Assembly (NCBI GenBank): GCA_040509755.1 | Contig: JBEVKF010000098.1 | Span: forward strand, 19,081 to 83,080 | Length of the DNA stretch: 64,000 bases | Direction of reading: 5' to 3' | From: Thermoleophilaceae bacterium | GTDB lineage: Bacteria; Actinomycetota; Thermoleophilia; Solirubrobacterales; Thermoleophilaceae | Part shown: piece after piece, positions 54,191 to 64,000 of the stretch | Layout of the letters: every line of letters starts with the position of its first letter | Position numbering within the stretch: the stretch's first letter is position 1 | The notes under the pieces: model-generated | Databases searched by the model: none | Told to the model about the DNA's origin: nothing | The model's input: the letters and a program-made list of their open reading frames with translations, nothing else | Position numbers and translations under genes: made by a program

Positions 54191-55260
54191 GCATCGAGTT
54201 CAACCGCAGCATCGAGGACATCCCGGTCTATCCCGCGGCCTCCACCTACGCGTTCGAGGGCGACCTGGTCAAGCTCGCTTCCAACGAGACCCCGTTCGCG
54301 CCCCACCCGCAGGTGCTCGAGGCCGTCGAGGCCCAGCTGCGCACGCTCAACCGCTACCCCGATCCCGCCAAGCACGCCCTGCGCAAGCGCATCGCCGAAC
54401 GCAGCGAGCTGCCGCTAGGGAAGGTCACGGTCGGCAACGGCTCGTGCGAGATCCTGCTGGCCACCGCCGACGCCCTGCTCGAGCCGGGCGCCGAGGTCGT
54501 GTACGCCTGGCCGTCGTTCTCGATCTACCCCCACCTCGCCGCGATGGCGGGCGCGCGGGCGATCACCGTCCCGCTGAATGACGCCGGCGAGCACGATCTC
54601 GAGGCGATGGCGAGCGAGGTCACCGCCGCCACCCGGCTCGTGATCGTCTGCAATCCCAACAACCCGAGCGCCACGGCGCTGGCGCCGGCGGTGATCGACG
54701 CCTGGGTCGGCGAGCTGCCCCGCCACGTGGCGGTGATCCTCGACGAGGCCTACATCGAGTTCTCGCTGCTACAGGACCCCGGCGACTCGATCGACATGCT
54801 CGACCGCCACCCCAACCTCGTCCTTTTGCGCACCTTCTCGAAGGTCTACGGCCTCTGCGGGCTGCGCGTGGGCTATGCGCTCGGCTCGGAGGCATTTCGC
54901 CTGGCCATCGATCGCGTGCGCCAGCCGTTCTCGGTCAACGCCCTGGCCCAGGCCGCGGCGACCGAGGCGCTCAACCACCAGGACGAGGTCGAGCGGCGGA
55001 TCGAGCAGACCGCGATCGAGCGCATCCACGTCGAGTCTGAGCTCGAGGCACGCGGCCTCGAGACGACCGACAGCCAGGCCAACTTCTCCTGGGTGGCGCT
55101 CGGGGAGCGCGACGAGGACGAGGTGGTGGGCGGATTGGCGAAGCGCGGCGTGATCGTGCGCGCGGGCGGGGCGCTCGGCGAAGCGGGCCGGATGCGCGTG
55201 ACCTACGGCACGCGCGGCGAGAACGACCGCTTCCTCGCCGCCCTCGACGAGCTCCTCTGA
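54187..55260 (+). CDS. hisC: Histidinol-phosphate / aromatic aminotransferase (class II PLP aminotransferase)
   Basis: ATGA overlap with aroH. KLASNETPF...NRYPD...VCNPNNPS...RTFSKVYGLCGLRVGY (PLP-Lys). Confidence 0.85.
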   Translation: MSIEFNRSIEDIPVYPAASTYAFEGDLVKLASNETPFAPHPQVLEAVEAQLRTLNRYPDPAKHALRKRIAERSELPLGKVTVGNGSCEILLATADALLEPGAEVVYAWPSFSIYPHLAAMAGARAITVPLNDAGEHDLEAMASEVTAATRLVIVCNPNNPSATALAPAVIDAWVGELPRHVAVILDEAYIEFSLLQDPGDSIDMLDRHPNLVLLRTFSKVYGLCGLRVGYALGSEAFRLAIDRVRQPFSVNALAQAAATEALNHQDEVERRIEQTAIERIHVESELEARGLETTDSQANFSWVALGERDEDEVVGGLAKRGVIVRAGGALGEAGRMRVTYGTRGENDRFLAALDELL

Positions 55261-55323
55261 TTGATCCGCTTGGCGGCTAATAGAAACGCGGCTTCGCGCC
55301 GATAAGTGGTACAAGTGACCGCG

Positions 55324-55407
55324 ATGTTGCAGGCCGCGCAGCCGACTTTCACGATCAGCGCCTCCTCCGGCGCCGGTCGGCTTGCGCGCTATTGGCGATT
55401 TATCTAG
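55324..55407 (+). CDS. Candidate 27-aa aromatic-amino-acid leader peptide upstream of DAHP synthase
   Basis: Own translation: MLQAAQPTFTISASSGAGRLARYWRFI*. The Tyr-Trp-Arg-Phe run uses codons that are AT-rich for this genome (TAT TGG CGA TTT ATC TAG). The SD is weak, so this is speculative. Confidence 0.3.
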   Translation: MLQAAQPTFTISASSGAGRLARYWRFI

Positions 55408-55513
55408 GCGTCCGGCCACTCGGCTGACCCAAGCCCCGCCGCGTCTCCCGAACGGAGGCGCGCCCCACCGGACGCCGTTCCCAGCACTATCTGCCACGCT
55501 TGAGAGGACAGCA

Positions 55514-56539
55514 ATGATGATCGTGATGAAAGAGGGGGCGACCGAGGCACAGATCGGCGCCGTCATCAGACGCGTCGAGGCCGTCGGCGCGCACGCCCAC
55601 ATATCGCAGGGCGAGCTTGTAACCGTGATCGGGGCGATCGGAGACCGCGAGCACGTGGCCAACCTCGGCCTCGAGGGCGCCGAGGGCGTGGACCACCTGG
55701 TCCCGATCCTCAAGCCCTACAAGCTCGCCTCGAACGAGTACCGCCGCGGCGAGCGCACCGTCGTCGAGATCGACGGGCGCCGGATCGGCGGCGACCACTT
55801 CGCCACGATCGCCGGGCCGTGCACGGTCGAGTCGCGCGAGGTGATGATCGACGTGGCCCGCACCGTCAGGGAGGCGGGAGCCCAGCTGCTGCGCGGCGGC
55901 GCGTACAAGCCGCGCACCTCGCCCTACTCCTTCCAGGGCCTCGGCGAGGCCGGTCTGCGCCTGCTGGCGGAGGCCAAGGACGAGACGGGCCTGCCGATCG
56001 TCACCGAGCTGATGGACGTGCGCGACCTCGAGCCCGTGCTCGAGGTCGCCGATGTGATCCAGCTCGGCGCGCGCAACATGCAGAACTACACCCTGCTCAC
56101 CGAGCTCGGTCGTGCCGGCCGGCCGGTCCTGCTCAAGCGCGGGCTGTCGGCCACTCTCGAGGAGCTGCTGATGGCGGCGGAGTACATCCTCAAGGAGGGC
56201 AATCCGAATGTGATGCTCTGCGAGCGCGGCATCCGCACCTATGAGCCGAGCTACCGCTTCACGCTCGACCTGATGGCGGTACCGGTGCTGCGCGAGCTGA
56301 CCCACCTGCCGATCGTGGTCGACCCCTCGCACGCCGCCGGAAAGCGGTCGCTGGTGGAGCCGCTGTCGCTGGCGGCGGCCGCCGCCGGGGCGGACGGGAT
56401 CATCGTCGAGGTGCACCCCTGCCCGGACGAGGCAATCTGCGACGGCCCCCAGGCGCTCTACGCCGAGTCGTTCGCGGACTACCTGCGCAAGCTCGAGGCC
56501 GTGGCCGAGCTGGCGGGCAAGACGCTTGCGGCGGTCTAG
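55514..56539 (+). CDS. 3-deoxy-7-phosphoheptulonate (DAHP) synthase, type I-beta, with an N-terminal ferredoxin-like regulatory domain
   Basis: ATG 55514 after [33 protein letters not shown]... (FL/ACT-like domain), then [27 protein letters not shown], and KRG...DPSH. Confidence 0.9.
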   Translation: MMIVMKEGATEAQIGAVIRRVEAVGAHAHISQGELVTVIGAIGDREHVANLGLEGAEGVDHLVPILKPYKLASNEYRRGERTVVEIDGRRIGGDHFATIAGPCTVESREVMIDVARTVREAGAQLLRGGAYKPRTSPYSFQGLGEAGLRLLAEAKDETGLPIVTELMDVRDLEPVLEVADVIQLGARNMQNYTLLTELGRAGRPVLLKRGLSATLEELLMAAEYILKEGNPNVMLCERGIRTYEPSYRFTLDLMAVPVLRELTHLPIVVDPSHAAGKRSLVEPLSLAAAAAGADGIIVEVHPCPDEAICDGPQALYAESFADYLRKLEAVAELAGKTLAAV

Positions 56540-57833
56540 CCGCTTCGAGCCCTCCGGACCGCTGCGGGGCGACTACACGCCGCCGGCGGACAAGTCGATC
56601 TCTCACCGTGCGGCGCTGTTCGGCGCCATGAGCGACGAACCGGTGGCCGTGCGCAACTACCTGCGGTCGGCCGACACGCGCTCGACGCTCGACGCACTGC
56701 TGAAGCTCGGCGCCGGTGTGGAGGAGGAGGCAGACGGCTCCGTTGTGATCCGCGGCGTGGGGCTGCATGCCCCGCTCGAGGCCACGGGCGGACTGCTCGA
56801 CGTCGGCAATTCGGGCACGCTCCTGCGGCTGCTGCCCGGCTGGCTCGCCGGGCAGCCCGGCGGCATCTGGACGCTCGACGGCGATGAGTCGATCCGCCGC
56901 CGCCCGGTCGACCGGGTGGCCGAGCCACTGAGGGCGATGGGCGCGGAGGTCGAGGCGCGCGAGGACCGCTTCCCGCCTTTCACCGTGCGCGGCGGCGCGC
57001 TCACCGGGATCGAGTACGACATGCCCGTCGCGAGCGCGCAGGTCAAATCCTGCGTCCTGATCGCCGGCATGCTGGCGGACGGATCGACCACCCTCAACGA
57101 GCGCGCCCAGAGCCGCGACCACACCGAGCGCATGCTGCGCCGCGCGCGCGTCCCTCTCGAGCGCGACGCCCTGCGCATCACCGTCTCCCAGGTGGACGAG
57201 CTCGAGCTGGACGAGATCGTCGTGCCGGGTGATCCCTCGTCGGCGGCCTTCATCGTTGCCGCGACCGCACTCGTCAGCGGATCGCGCGTGGTTGTCTCGA
57301 ACGTGGGGCTGAACTGGACGCGCACCGGCTTTCTGCGCATCGCCCAGCGCATGGGTGCGGTGATCATCGGCGATCTCGAGGAGCCCGGCGCCGAGGCGGA
57401 CACCGAGCCGGTCGGCGAGCTCGACGTGGCCTCGGGCTCGCTGGAGGCCACCGTGGTCGAGCCAGGCGAGGTCCCGCTCGCGATCGACGAGCTGACGCTG
57501 GTGGCGCTCATGGGCGCGTTCGCCGTGGGCGAGACCGTCGTCAAGGGCGCGGGGGAGCTCCGCTTCAAGGAATCCGACCGTATCGGTGCCGTGGTGGAGG
57601 GGCTGCGCGGCCTGGGCGCGGACATCGAGGAGACGGCGGACGGCCTGACGGTGCGCGGGGACGGCTCCCCGCTTGCCGGCGGAACCATCGAGTCGCACGG
57701 CGACCATCGCCTCGCGATGCTCGGCGCCGTCGCCGGGCTTGCCTCGACCCGCGGGGTGGAGGTCGTGGGGATGGACGCGTCGGCCGTGTCCTATCCCGGC
57801 TTCGAGGAGGACCTGGGCTCGTTGCTGGCCTGA
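56526..57833 (+). CDS. aroA: 3-phosphoshikimate 1-carboxyvinyltransferase (EPSP synthase)
   Basis: TTG start overlapping the DAHP synthase stop. PPADKSISHRAALF, LDVGNSGTLLRLL, KESDRI, GDHRLAM. Confidence 0.93.
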   Translation: MRRSSRFEPSGPLRGDYTPPADKSISHRAALFGAMSDEPVAVRNYLRSADTRSTLDALLKLGAGVEEEADGSVVIRGVGLHAPLEATGGLLDVGNSGTLLRLLPGWLAGQPGGIWTLDGDESIRRRPVDRVAEPLRAMGAEVEAREDRFPPFTVRGGALTGIEYDMPVASAQVKSCVLIAGMLADGSTTLNERAQSRDHTERMLRRARVPLERDALRITVSQVDELELDEIVVPGDPSSAAFIVAATALVSGSRVVVSNVGLNWTRTGFLRIAQRMGAVIIGDLEEPGAEADTEPVGELDVASGSLEATVVEPGEVPLAIDELTLVALMGAFAVGETVVKGAGELRFKESDRIGAVVEGLRGLGADIEETADGLTVRGDGSPLAGGTIESHGDHRLAMLGAVAGLASTRGVEVVGMDASAVSYPGFEEDLGSLLA

Positions 57834-57849
57834 TACGTATTCCCTTGCG

Positions 57850-58794
57850 ATGGAGGTTCGCATCGGCATCTCCTCCTGCCTGCTGGGCCAGGAGGTCCGC
57901 TTCGACGGGGGCCACAAGCGCGATCCGTTTCTCACCGAGGAGCTCGCGCGCCACGTTCGCTACGTCCCACTCTGTCCCGAGGTCGAGATCGGGCTGGGGG
58001 TCCCGCGCCCGCCGATCCGGCTCGCCCGCGTGAAAGGCGAGATCCGCCTCGTCGACCCCGCAAGTGGAGCCGACCTCAGCGAACGCATGCGCACGTGGTC
58101 GCGCGGGGCGGCCCAGCGAATCGCCGCGGCCGGGCTCGACGGATACGTGTTGAAGAAGAGCTCGCCGTCGTGCGGGCTCGAACGCGTGAAGGTCTACGAC
58201 GAGAACGGCTCGCCCGCCGCCACCGGACGCGGCCTCTTCGCGGAGGCGCTCCTGGCTCGCCTGCCGCTGCTCGCCGCCGAGGAGGAGGGCCGGCTGCGCG
58301 ACCCTCGCCTGCGCGAGGGCTTCGTCGAGCGCGCCTTCGGACACGCGCGAGTGCGTGAGTTCCTGGAGGGCGACTGGACCCCCGCCGACCTGGTCGAGTT
58401 CCACTCCGCCGAGAAGATGTTGGTCCGCGCCCACGATCCGTCGCTGGCGGGCGAGCTTGGCCGCCTCGTTGCCGACGCCGGCGTGCTCGCCCGCGAGCGG
58501 GTGGCCGAGCGCTACGCCGAGCTGCACGCCCGCGCCCTCAGGACTCAGAGCACGCCCGGGCGCCACCAGGACGTGCTCGAGCACCTGGCCGGCCACGTCA
58601 AGCGCGATGTGTCGCGCGCCGACCGCGCGGAGCTCCAGGAGGCCATCGAGGACTACCGCGCCGGGGTTCTGCCGCTCGCCGTTCCGCTGGCGCTGCTGCG
58701 CCGCCACCTCCGCGCGGCCGGAGCCGGCTGGGGCGCGCGGCAGAGCTACCTGGAGCCGGCGCCGAAGGATCTGGGCGTGCGCAGCCGTCTATAG
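57850..58794 (+). CDS. DUF523 + DUF1722 (YbgA/YbbK-like) protein
   Basis: ATG 57850 within ORF 57673..58794. IGISSCLLGQEVRFDGGHKRD...LCPEVEIGLGVPRPP...KKSSPSCG (DUF523), then a helical C-terminal half (FHSAEKMLVRAHDP...). Confidence 0.75.
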   Translation: MEVRIGISSCLLGQEVRFDGGHKRDPFLTEELARHVRYVPLCPEVEIGLGVPRPPIRLARVKGEIRLVDPASGADLSERMRTWSRGAAQRIAAAGLDGYVLKKSSPSCGLERVKVYDENGSPAATGRGLFAEALLARLPLLAAEEEGRLRDPRLREGFVERAFGHARVREFLEGDWTPADLVEFHSAEKMLVRAHDPSLAGELGRLVADAGVLARERVAERYAELHARALRTQSTPGRHQDVLEHLAGHVKRDVSRADRAELQEAIEDYRAGVLPLAVPLALLRRHLRAAGAGWGARQSYLEPAPKDLGVRSRL

Positions 58795-58807
58795 CCTCAC
58801 CGCTCAC

Positions 58808-59419
58808 ATGGTGGTCGCGATCGACGGGCCCGCTGGAGCGGGCAAGAGCACGGTGGCCCGCGCCGCCGCGCAGGCGCTCGGCTTCACATACCTCGACTCC
58901 GGGGCGATGTACCGGGCCGTCGGCCTGATGACCCTGCGCCATGGAGGCGCCGCGTCCGAGCAGGCCCAGAAGCTCGAGCTCGAGCTCGGCGACCGCGTGA
59001 TCGCCAACGGCGAGGACGTGACCCATGCGATCCGGACTCCCGAGGTCTCGGAAGCGGCCTCGCGGGTGGCCGTAAACCCGCGGGTGCGCGAGGCGCTCGC
59101 GCAAAAGCAGCGCGACTTGCTGGCGGGCGGTGACTGGGTCGCCGAGGGCCGCGACATCGGAAGCGTCGTCGCGCCCGACGCCGCGATCAAGGTGTTTCTC
59201 ACCGCGAGCCCCGAGGAGCGTGCCCGACGCCGGGCGGAGGAGCTCGGCACCGACGCCTCGACCGTGCTGCGCGACCAGGCGCTGCGCGACGCCCAGGACT
59301 CGACCCGCGAGCACTCGCCGCTGCGCGTAGCCCCCGGGGCCGTCGAGCTCGACACCACGGGATTGTCGGTCGAGCAGGTGGTCGAGCGGATCGCCCAGCT
59401 CGTCGCGGCCGCGCGATGA
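58808..59419 (+). CDS. cmk: Cytidylate kinase
   Basis: ATG 58808. [36 protein letters not shown]...EGRDIGSVV...[13 protein letters not shown]. Confidence 0.93.
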   Translation: MVVAIDGPAGAGKSTVARAAAQALGFTYLDSGAMYRAVGLMTLRHGGAASEQAQKLELELGDRVIANGEDVTHAIRTPEVSEAASRVAVNPRVREALAQKQRDLLAGGDWVAEGRDIGSVVAPDAAIKVFLTASPEERARRRAEELGTDASTVLRDQALRDAQDSTREHSPLRVAPGAVELDTTGLSVEQVVERIAQLVAAAR

Positions 59420-60720
59420 AGCGCTCCAAGGTCGCCGTCCTCGGCTACCCGAACGTGGGCAAGTCGACGCTCGTGAACCGCCTGTCGGGCACGCGCGAGG
59501 CGGTGGTGCACGAGCAGGCGGGCGTCACCCGCGACCGCAAGGAGGTCGAGGCTTGGTGGAACGGGCTCGGCTTCACGCTGATCGACACCGGTGGGGTCGA
59601 CAGCGCCGGCGAGCACGAGATGTCGGACGAGATCCGGCGCCAGTCGCTGGCGGCGCTCGCCGACGCCCAGCTCGCCATCCTCGTCGTCGACGCCCGCGCC
59701 GGGCTGCGCCCCGGCGACGCGGAGCTGGCACGTGAGCTGCGCGGCGGCACGGTGCCCGTGATCGTGGCGGCCAACAAGGTCGACGACGGGCGCCAGGAGG
59801 GCATGGCGACTGAGTTCTACGGACTCGGCCTGGGCGAGCCGATGCCCGTCTCGGCGACGCAGGGCCTTGGCACTGGCGACCTGCTCGACCTGATCGTCGA
59901 GCGTTTGCCCGAGGGCGACGCAGAGGCCGCCGAGGCCACGCGGCTCGCGCTGATCGGGAGGCCGAACGTCGGCAAGTCTTCGCTGCTCAACAAGCTGCTC
60001 GGGGAGGAGCGCGTGATCGTCACCCCGGTGGCCGGCACCACGCGCGACTCGATCGACACGCGAATTGACTTCGACGGGCGCGAGGTGGTCCTCGTCGACA
60101 CGGCCGGCCTTCGGCGCCGCACCAAGGTAGCCGGCACCGTGGACTACTACGCCCAACTGCGCTCCGAGCAGGCGGCCGACCGCGCGGACGTGGCGATCGT
60201 GGTCTGCGACGCGAGCGAGGGGGTGACGAGTGAGGACTTCCGGGTGGCCGAGATGGCGATGAAGAAGAAGTGCGCCACGGTGATAGCCCTCAACAAGTGG
60301 GACCTCACCGAGACCGACCTCGAGGACGCCAAGGCGCGCGTGACGAAAAAGCTGCGCCAGCGCCCGCAGGTGATGGCGGTTTCGGCGCAGTCAGGACGGG
60401 GCCTCAAGCGCCTCACGGCCGAGGCGCTGCACATCGCCGACCGCTCCTCGCAGTGGATCCAGACGTCCGAGCTCAACCGCTTCCTGGGCGATCTGCAGTC
60501 ACAGCGCGAGCCGCCGTCGGTGCGCGGCAAGCGGCTGCGCATGTACTACATGGCGCAGTTCGAAACGCGCCCGCCGCGCTTTGCGATCCAGGTCAACAAC
60601 CGCGGCCAGGTCACGCGCGACTACGCCTACTTCCTTGAAAACCGCCTGCGCGACACCTGGAACCTGCACGGCGTGCCGCTGGTGATCGACTTCAAGACGA
60701 GTCGAGGCCGGTCCTCGTAG
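59416..60720 (+). CDS. der: Ribosome-biogenesis GTPase Der (EngA)
   Basis: ATGA overlap with cmk. Two G domains ([10 protein letters not shown]; [10 protein letters not shown]), NKVD/NKWD, and a KH-like C-terminus. Confidence 0.95.
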   Translation: MKRSKVAVLGYPNVGKSTLVNRLSGTREAVVHEQAGVTRDRKEVEAWWNGLGFTLIDTGGVDSAGEHEMSDEIRRQSLAALADAQLAILVVDARAGLRPGDAELARELRGGTVPVIVAANKVDDGRQEGMATEFYGLGLGEPMPVSATQGLGTGDLLDLIVERLPEGDAEAAEATRLALIGRPNVGKSSLLNKLLGEERVIVTPVAGTTRDSIDTRIDFDGREVVLVDTAGLRRRTKVAGTVDYYAQLRSEQAADRADVAIVVCDASEGVTSEDFRVAEMAMKKKCATVIALNKWDLTETDLEDAKARVTKKLRQRPQVMAVSAQSGRGLKRLTAEALHIADRSSQWIQTSELNRFLGDLQSQREPPSVRGKRLRMYYMAQFETRPPRFAIQVNNRGQVTRDYAYFLENRLRDTWNLHGVPLVIDFKTSRGRSS

Positions 60721-61564
60721 CTATCCCCACGCCCACGGCGGCCAGGGCCATGCCGATCCAGGCCGCCCCGGGCAGCGACTCGCCCAGCACCGCCCAGGCG
60801 ATCAGGGCGGCCAGTGGCGGGACCAAGAAGAAGAGGGCGGAGACGCGCGACGCCTCGCCGCGCCGGATCATCATCAGCAGCAGCGTGATGGCCACCAGCG
60901 AGTTGGCCAGGACCAGGTAGGCGAGCGAGATCGCGAGGTCCGCCGTCCATTCGACCCGCAGGCCCTCGAAGACGAGCGCGAGCGGAAGCGTCACCGCGAG
61001 GCCGATCGCGAACTGCACCGCGTTCGCGCTCACCGGGTGGTGCTCGCTGCCGAAACGGGTCTCGTAGAGCGTGCCCGCGGTGATGCACAGCAGCGCACCG
61101 CCCGCGCACGCGAGGCCGGCCGCCGAGAGCCCGACCGCGGACGAGCGCGCGACGATCACCAGCGCCGCCCCGGCGAGGCCGAGCGCGAGGCCGGCCCAGC
61201 GCGTGGCGGTCACCCGCTCTCCAGCGAAGCGCGGCGCGAGCAGCGCAACCAGGATCGGCTGAAGGGAGACGACCAGCGCGATCGTCGCGGCCGACTTCTC
61301 GAGGTCGAGAGCGAGGTAGAGCAGGATGAAGTAGCTCGTCTGGACCAGCAGCGCGACCACGACGAGGTCGATCCAGTCGCGGTGGGTGGCCGGAAGCGGC
61401 GGGCGCATCAGCAGCAGCGCTGGGACGAGCACAGCGACCACCAGCGCGTAGCGCAGGGCCAGGAACGTGATCGGCTCGGAGTAGGGGAGGCCCAGCGCTA
61501 CGAAGGCAAAGCCGGCCGACCACAGCGCGACGAAGACCGCCGGCGCGAGCCGTTCGAGGCGCAC
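60692..61564 (-). CDS. EamA/DMT-family transporter
   Basis: GTG start. 290 aa with 10 TM segments in two EamA repeats. 12 nt downstream of the beta-eliminating lyase gene. Its 3' end overlaps der by 29 nt. Confidence 0.85.
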   Translation of the reverse strand: MRLERLAPAVFVALWSAGFAFVALGLPYSEPITFLALRYALVVAVLVPALLLMRPPLPATHRDWIDLVVVALLVQTSYFILLYLALDLEKSAATIALVVSLQPILVALLAPRFAGERVTATRWAGLALGLAGAALVIVARSSAVGLSAAGLACAGGALLCITAGTLYETRFGSEHHPVSANAVQFAIGLAVTLPLALVFEGLRVEWTADLAISLAYLVLANSLVAITLLLMMIRRGEASRVSALFFLVPPLAALIAWAVLGESLPGAAWIGMALAAVGVGIATRTGLDSS

Positions 61565-61576
61565 CGGCGACCCTCG

Positions 61577-62938
61577 CTAGAGCGGCTCGAAGCGTGCCGT
61601 GAAGTGGCGCAGGACCGAAGGCTGCTCGACGATGCGCATGCCGCGCATCCGGCCCGCGCCCTCGGCGACGAAGCGGCAGACCTCGATCACGTAGTCCACG
61701 TGCGATTGGGTGTAGGTGCGGCGCGGGATGGCGAGCCGGACCAGGTCCATGGGGGCCGGCGCCTCGCTTCCGTCGGGCTGCAGGCCGAACATCACCGTGC
61801 CGATCTCACAGGAGCGAATCCCGCCCTCGCGGTAGAGCGCGACCGCCAGTGTCTGCCCCGGGTACTCGAGCGGCGGGATGTGGTCGAGCAGGGCGCGGGC
61901 GTCGAGGTAGACGGCGTGCCCGCCGACCGGCAGCACTACGGGGATGCCAGCCTCGTTGAGCGCCTCGCCGAGGTACTGGGTGGAGCGGATGCGGTAGCGC
62001 AGGTAGTCCTCGTCGACCGCCTCTGTCAGGCCCTGGGCGAGCGCGTCCATGTCGCGGCCCGCCATGCCGCCGTAGGTGGGAAAGCCCTCGGTGAGGATCA
62101 GCAGGTTGCGGCATTGCTCGGCCAGGCCGTCGTCGTTGAGCGCGAGCCAGCCACCGATGTTCCCCAGCGGGTCCTTCTTGGCCGACATCGTCATCCCGTC
62201 GGCGAGCGCCGCCATCTCGCGGACGATGTCCGCCACCGGAACGTCGGCATATCCCTCCTCGCGCTCCTTGACGAACCAGGCGTTCTCGGCGAAGCGGCAG
62301 GCATCGAGGTACAGCGGTGTGTCGCCACAGGCCTGGCGGACCTCGCGCAGGTTGGCCATCGACACCGGCTGGCCGCCGCCCGAGTTGTTGGTCACCGTCA
62401 TGAACACAGCGGGGACCTCGCGCTCCGCCAGCACGCGCCGCAGCGCCTCGACGTCCATGTTGCCCTTGAACGGGTGGCGCACCGAGGGCACGTGGACCTC
62501 GGGGATGGGGATGTCGAGAGCCTCGGCGCCCGTGAACTCGACGTTCGCGCGGGTTGTGTCGAAATGGGTGTTGTTCGGGATCGTCGTGCCCGGGCGTGCG
62601 ATCGCGCTGAAGAGGATCTTCTCTGCCGCGCGGCCCTGGTGGGTGGGGATCACATGCTTGAACGGGAACAGCTCCTGCACGGCGTCGAGGAAGCGAAACC
62701 ACGAGCGCGAGCCGGCGTAGCTCTCGTCGCCGCGGTGCATGCTCGCCCACTGCTCGGCGGACATCGAGCCGGTGCCCGAATCGGTCAACAGGTCGATCAG
62801 TACGTCTTCGGCCCGTAGCCGAAAGAGGTTCCAGTCCGCATCCCCCAGCGCGCTCTCGCGTTCCTGGCGGCTCGTGAGGCGAATCGGCTCGACCGCGTGG
62901 ATGCGAAAGGGCTCGATGATGGTTTGCCATCTGTGCAT
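61577..62938 (-). CDS. Beta-eliminating lyase (tryptophanase / tyrosine phenol-lyase family)
   Basis: 453 aa. EPFRIHAVEPIRLTSRQERE...DLLTDSGTGSMS...NNTHFDTTRAN...MSAKKDPLGNIGG (PLP-Lys). Confidence 0.88.
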   Translation of the reverse strand: MHRWQTIIEPFRIHAVEPIRLTSRQERESALGDADWNLFRLRAEDVLIDLLTDSGTGSMSAEQWASMHRGDESYAGSRSWFRFLDAVQELFPFKHVIPTHQGRAAEKILFSAIARPGTTIPNNTHFDTTRANVEFTGAEALDIPIPEVHVPSVRHPFKGNMDVEALRRVLAEREVPAVFMTVTNNSGGGQPVSMANLREVRQACGDTPLYLDACRFAENAWFVKEREEGYADVPVADIVREMAALADGMTMSAKKDPLGNIGGWLALNDDGLAEQCRNLLILTEGFPTYGGMAGRDMDALAQGLTEAVDEDYLRYRIRSTQYLGEALNEAGIPVVLPVGGHAVYLDARALLDHIPPLEYPGQTLAVALYREGGIRSCEIGTVMFGLQPDGSEAPAPMDLVRLAIPRRTYTQSHVDYVIEVCRFVAEGAGRMRGMRIVEQPSVLRHFTARFEPL

Positions 62939-62989
62939 GCCGTAATTCCTACCCGAACCTCGGGAAACTCCCGCTAGCCTTCCCGCCTC

Positions 62990-64000
<1,011 letters not shown>

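Noticed and set aside
62939-62989. Possible SAM riboswitch upstream of metK, or a tnaC-like leader upstream of the lyase
   Set aside because: The divergent spacer is only 51 nt. That is too short for either element, and no conserved SAM-I, SAM-II or SAM-IV blocks are present.

Overview
This is a 64-kb, very GC-rich (roughly 70%+) chromosomal segment. Its gene order looks actinobacterial: a dcw cluster without ftsA, a c-di-AMP riboswitch in front of an Rpf-type gene, and scpA-scpB...rluB...cmk-der synteny. It is almost entirely core housekeeping DNA. I saw no transposase, integrase, CRISPR array, rRNA or tRNA.

Content from left to right:
- osmC fragment, lon, an SSI-like lipoprotein, an SDR, and a ydaO/c-di-AMP riboswitch followed by an Rpf-like muralytic protein.
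- MFS transporter and an M20 peptidase.
- A minus-strand operon: PaaI thioesterase, PepF, methyltransferase and two VOC proteins.
- A PLP-dependent enzyme, two tandem Ku genes, and a GFA-cupin-GST operon.
- A pilin-less cpaF-tadB-tadC trio.
- A complete dcw cluster: mraZ-rsmH-ftsL-ftsI // murE-murF-mraY-murD-ftsW-murG // murC-murB-ftsQ-ftsZ.
- M20 peptidase, an amidinotransferase-fold enzyme, gcvT-gcvH-gcvPA-gcvPB plus a sulfite-oxidase-family Mo enzyme, trpS, and scpAB.
- Polysaccharide deacetylase, a LysR/EamA pair, rlmN, a PAS-GGDEF cyclase and rluB.
- aroH-hisC, DAHP synthase-aroA, a DUF523/DUF1722 protein, cmk-der, EamA, a beta-eliminating lyase and the start of metK.

The most interesting signal is a translationally coupled, antisense two-gene module (22689-25354) that splits the dcw cluster between ftsI and murE. 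One gene encodes a GAF + catalytically degenerate GGDEF protein that keeps an RxxD I-site. The other encodes a protein with a T2SSE_N (MshEN-type) N-terminal domain fused to about 400 aa of coiled coil. A duplicated GC-hairpin terminator flanks the module. I interpret it as a candidate c-di-GMP-responsive coiled-coil division or cell-wall regulator. This is an inference and is untested.

Other notable items:
- A 10-bp-phased GTGGG repeat array (candidate MraZ operator) and a leader hairpin upstream of mraZ.
- A candidate Tyr-Trp-Arg-Phe leader peptide/attenuator upstream of DAHP synthase.
- Tandem Ku paralogues, one carrying a Rho_N/HeH-like tail.
- A 39-nt palindromic element present twice.

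Gene starts are often non-ATG (GTG/TTG). I refined them by eye from the ORF track, so treat them as +/- a few codons.
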